Below are positions 62,301 to 64,000 of a stretch of 64,000 nucleotides of DNA, piece by piece. The notes under the pieces were generated by a model. It ran no database searches and was not told the origin of the DNA. It saw only the letters and a program-made list of their open reading frames with translations. How positions within the stretch are numbered: the first letter of the stretch is position 1; the number at the start of each line of letters is the position of its first letter. Origin of the DNA: Coraliomargarita sp. (GTDB taxonomy: Bacteria > Verrucomicrobiota > Verrucomicrobiia > Opitutales > Coraliomargaritaceae); NCBI GenBank assembly GCA_965216325.1, contig OZ244160.1, positions 2,016,001 to 2,080,000 of the forward strand, given 5' to 3'. The position numbers and the translations under genes were made by a program.

Positions 62301-62548
62301 AGTAGTGTTGCAACGACGGAATCGGGCCATGGTGTTGGGGTGTCCAGCGCAGTGGGGGCTTGGTGGTGCTTGGCTGAATGCTGCGCGCAGGAAGGGGAGT
62401 CGCGGTGGTGCTCGATGGTTTTCGCTGCGCCCGACTTGTGTGTGTGCTCCGTTTGCTTGTGGACCTGGTCTCTATGCGAGTGCTCAGTGGTGAAAATGCT
62501 CGCGCAGGCGAGGCAGAGCGCGAGGGGAAGTAGAGCGCGTGGGTTCAT
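59309..62548 (-). CDS. secreted multidomain metzincin (matrixin/M10-like) with Ig/CARDB-like, jelly-roll and Calx-beta domains
   Basis: HEHGHGLGISH plus Met-turn LMEP; GTATSGDDF Calx-beta; C-terminal DFDFDGIANLLEYAF..DP...KFMRIRV. Confidence 0.88.
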   Translation of the reverse strand: MNPRALLPLALCLACASIFTTEHSHRDQVHKQTEHTHKSGAAKTIEHHRDSPSCAQHSAKHHQAPTALDTPTPWPDSVVATLLKRHPKKSAAIQHIREATSFDNYAALSSDAAERLIRYSEGVLSRPLALSPQLCWSAKVSPAERSAFEDVRSLAYTKQGQLPTAMPALQGDDRWGRTGPDGSTGGEGTPVTIYWSFVPDGTIIPDGNDATAPSDLIAKLNAAYGSSPVPSDLTQAPWFELFNNAFNFWAEATGNVYIYEPNDDGADMINFTNSTSPRGEVGVRGDVRIGGTRIDGDSNVLAFNYFPDVGDMVIDSADSANLGAGRENFFTNVIAHEHGHGLGISHVCPIDRTKLMEPYATTSFLGPQFDDILTAQELYGDPFERQGNNKNNDTISTAHNLGQLSNSWSINDLSIANASDVDLFRFQLSGPRELSLTIAPTTQAAYLEGEQRNNGSCSAGTNFDPGSRQNLIVRVLAPDGSTVLASSDSAGIGQPEQLSGVQLTQANQNYYIEITGGGENSGSVNNAQMYDIQLNLSNASPIQVSNFTITAESCIPTNGSPDPDETVQAEVTITNSGSSTATNGSLSLSGSSNLSIDGEATQPVPDLAPGESTTISVQFSLSGSCGDTETIHFLVNSSIGSNQLSQNLSLGVETNLFAENFDSTAIGQLPTSFSQNSGDSAANWSTSSSISASAPNAAHTNASTSTNSAFLVAETLPTIQADSELRFDHNYDIENRFDGGVLEISINGGSWQEWTAAGGNFTQNGYDNLIATNYSSPIGGQSAWTGISNGFITTIAQFPPSAADQNVRIRWHMASDESVDSDGWAVDNITISGFVCCEQTLPTLSITAIDPVAMEFDTGDTGEFVITSSQAIGVDLEISYSISGTATSGDDFTPLAGTITLPAKEDMVSIILTALSDSESEGDEEVILTLDSSLQYALGTSQAKVTIEDLPFDNYRAENFGTTVENTADDEDFDFDGIANLLEYAFRLDPTQPTSLPISTELLEDGSRQLQLTYVEDTELPDINYIVETISELGADNWTEAGVTIERGSTTDGLQTVTATITVSGDAKFMRIRVERIVP

Positions 62549-62832
62549 TAGTGGGGGATGCTTGAAGGTGGCCCGCAGTTTAGGCGTTGCGTGGGGGCGC
62601 ATTCGGTAAGTTTAGGTTGAATTTCATGGATTGCAAATGTACTCATTGCGAACAAGTTGCGTAAGTTTTAGGTGCTTTCATTGGCCCTTTACGCGAGGTG
62701 GAGTTTACCCGACTTTGTTGTGGGGGGATGTGCCTAGCTCGATGGCTGAAGGGTTCCACGCTAGATGCTGCAGATAGCCCTCAGTGATTTTCATGCTTCC
62801 TGTTTTGGCTCAAATCGGCAGAGCTTAAGTGG

Positions 62833-63189
62833 ATGAAAATTTACACCTACAAGAATTGCGGCACCTGCAAGAAGGCGATCAAGTGGCTCGGAGAGCAGGG
62901 CATTGCCTTCGAGGAATTGCCAATCCGTGACACGCCTCCATCGGTGGAGGAACTGAAGCAGATGCTGGGGTATCAGAATGGCGAACTGAAGAAGCTCTTT
63001 AACACGGCAGGTGGTGATTACCGTGAGCTGAATATGAAGGAGGTGTTGCCGACGCTCGATGAGGCCGCGGCGTTGGAGCTGCTTGCGGGCCGTGGGAATT
63101 TGGTCAAGCGCCCCTTTGTGCTGGGCGATGGCTTTGGTTTGGTCGGTTTTAAGGAGCCGGATTGGGCGGCCGCGATTTTATGGGCTTAG
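62833..63189 (+). CDS. ArsC/Spx-family (YffB-like) protein
   Basis: YKNCGTCKKA, LFNT.G..YR, LVKRP. Confidence 0.92.
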   Translation: MKIYTYKNCGTCKKAIKWLGEQGIAFEELPIRDTPPSVEELKQMLGYQNGELKKLFNTAGGDYRELNMKEVLPTLDEAAALELLAGRGNLVKRPFVLGDGFGLVGFKEPDWAAAILWA

Positions 63190-63283
63190 ATTCGTGCGTC
63201 GGGTTGCGCTGCGGTTTGGATGTGTTTTGTTCGAACTACTGCGCCTTTTGGGCGCTCATTCTTAACATAAACCTAAACTAACT

Positions 63284-64000
63284 ATGCCTGAAGAAACTGT
63301 AACCGCGGCGACGGAGACTGTCGTGGCAACTGTAACTGAGCCTGCGAGCTCCGGACCTGCGACGATTGATGTCGATGCGATCCTGCAAAAGCTTTCTGAG
63401 ATCATTTCGACCTATGGAATCGCGGTGATTGCTGCGATTCTGATTTTTGTCATTGGTCGAGTTGTCACTAATCTCGTCACCAAGGCCCTGCGTAAGACGA
63501 TGGAGCGTCACAAGGTGGAGCCTTCGCTGGTCGGCTTTGCGTGTTCGATGACGCATGTGGGCCTGATGGCTTTTGTGATCGTTGCGGCCTTGAGCCGTCT
63601 CGGCATTCAGACGACCTCCTTTGTGGCAATTCTTGGTGCTGCGGGTCTGGCGATTGGTTTGGCCTTGCAGGGCTCGCTGTCGAATTTTGCCGCCGGTGTG
63701 CTGATTCTTATCTTCAAGCCCTACCGTGTGGGCGACTATGTCGTCGCGGGCGGTGGTGAGGGTGTGATTGAGGAAATTGGCATCTTCACGACCACCATGT
63801 TGACTTTGGACAACCGCACGCAGATCTTGCCGAATGCGGTGGCCACGAGCGGCCTGATTGAGAACTATAGTAAGCAGGGCACGCGTCGCCTGGATTTGGT
63901 CGCAGGTGTCAGCTACGGTGACGATATTAAGAAGGTGAAGGCGATCCTTAAGGAGATTCTCGATAATGAGCCACGTATCCTGCCCGAGCCCGAGCCAACC
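63284..64000 (+). CDS. mscS: small-conductance mechanosensitive channel MscS (runs off the window end)
   Basis: Own translation from ATG 63284: ...LGIQTTSFVAILGAAGLAIGLALQGSLSNFAAGVLILIFKPYRVGD. Confidence 0.93.
   Translation, partial: MPEETVTAATETVVATVTEPASSGPATIDVDAILQKLSEIISTYGIAVIAAILIFVIGRVVTNLVTKALRKTMERHKVEPSLVGFACSMTHVGLMAFVIVAALSRLGIQTTSFVAILGAAGLAIGLALQGSLSNFAAGVLILIFKPYRVGDYVVAGGGEGVIEEIGIFTTTMLTLDNRTQILPNAVATSGLIENYSKQGTRRLDLVAGVSYGDDIKKVKAILKEILDNEPRILPEPEPT

Overview
GC-rich bacterial chromosome segment, probably Verrucomicrobiota (Opitutales, Coraliomargarita-like); the taxon is inferred from gene content and style and is unverified. It holds housekeeping genes (gmk, purB, PPi-PFK, pdxJ, nnr, dprA, rsmE, glyA, surE, rlmN, ruvA, dapA/B, tRNA-Lys), a REP-associated tyrosine transposase (RAYT) and many dispersed GTAG-type REP/REPIN copies of several families. 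A ~16 kb AraC-linked block carries a TonB receptor, a TonB2-type energiser, a porin and an ApbE/FMN/PepSY flavinylation module; three of its promoters share a ~59-bp motif. There is also an ExbB/MotA-like gene plus two Asp-TM/vWA genes and a GAF pseudo-histidine kinase. The highlight is a complete 1442-bp IS110-family element with IS1111-type layout (54238-55679) inserted exactly inside the CTAC (GTAG) end of a REP. Its 336-bp downstream non-coding end can be folded by eye into a bridge/seek-RNA-like structure: one loop carries guides matching the REP target (AAGCCCCU + GUAG), the other matches its own circle junction. That junction also creates a TTGACA-16-TATGAT promoter. Small hairpin elements flanked by a GC duplication are nested inside REP arms three times. 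All alignments and folds were done by eye.
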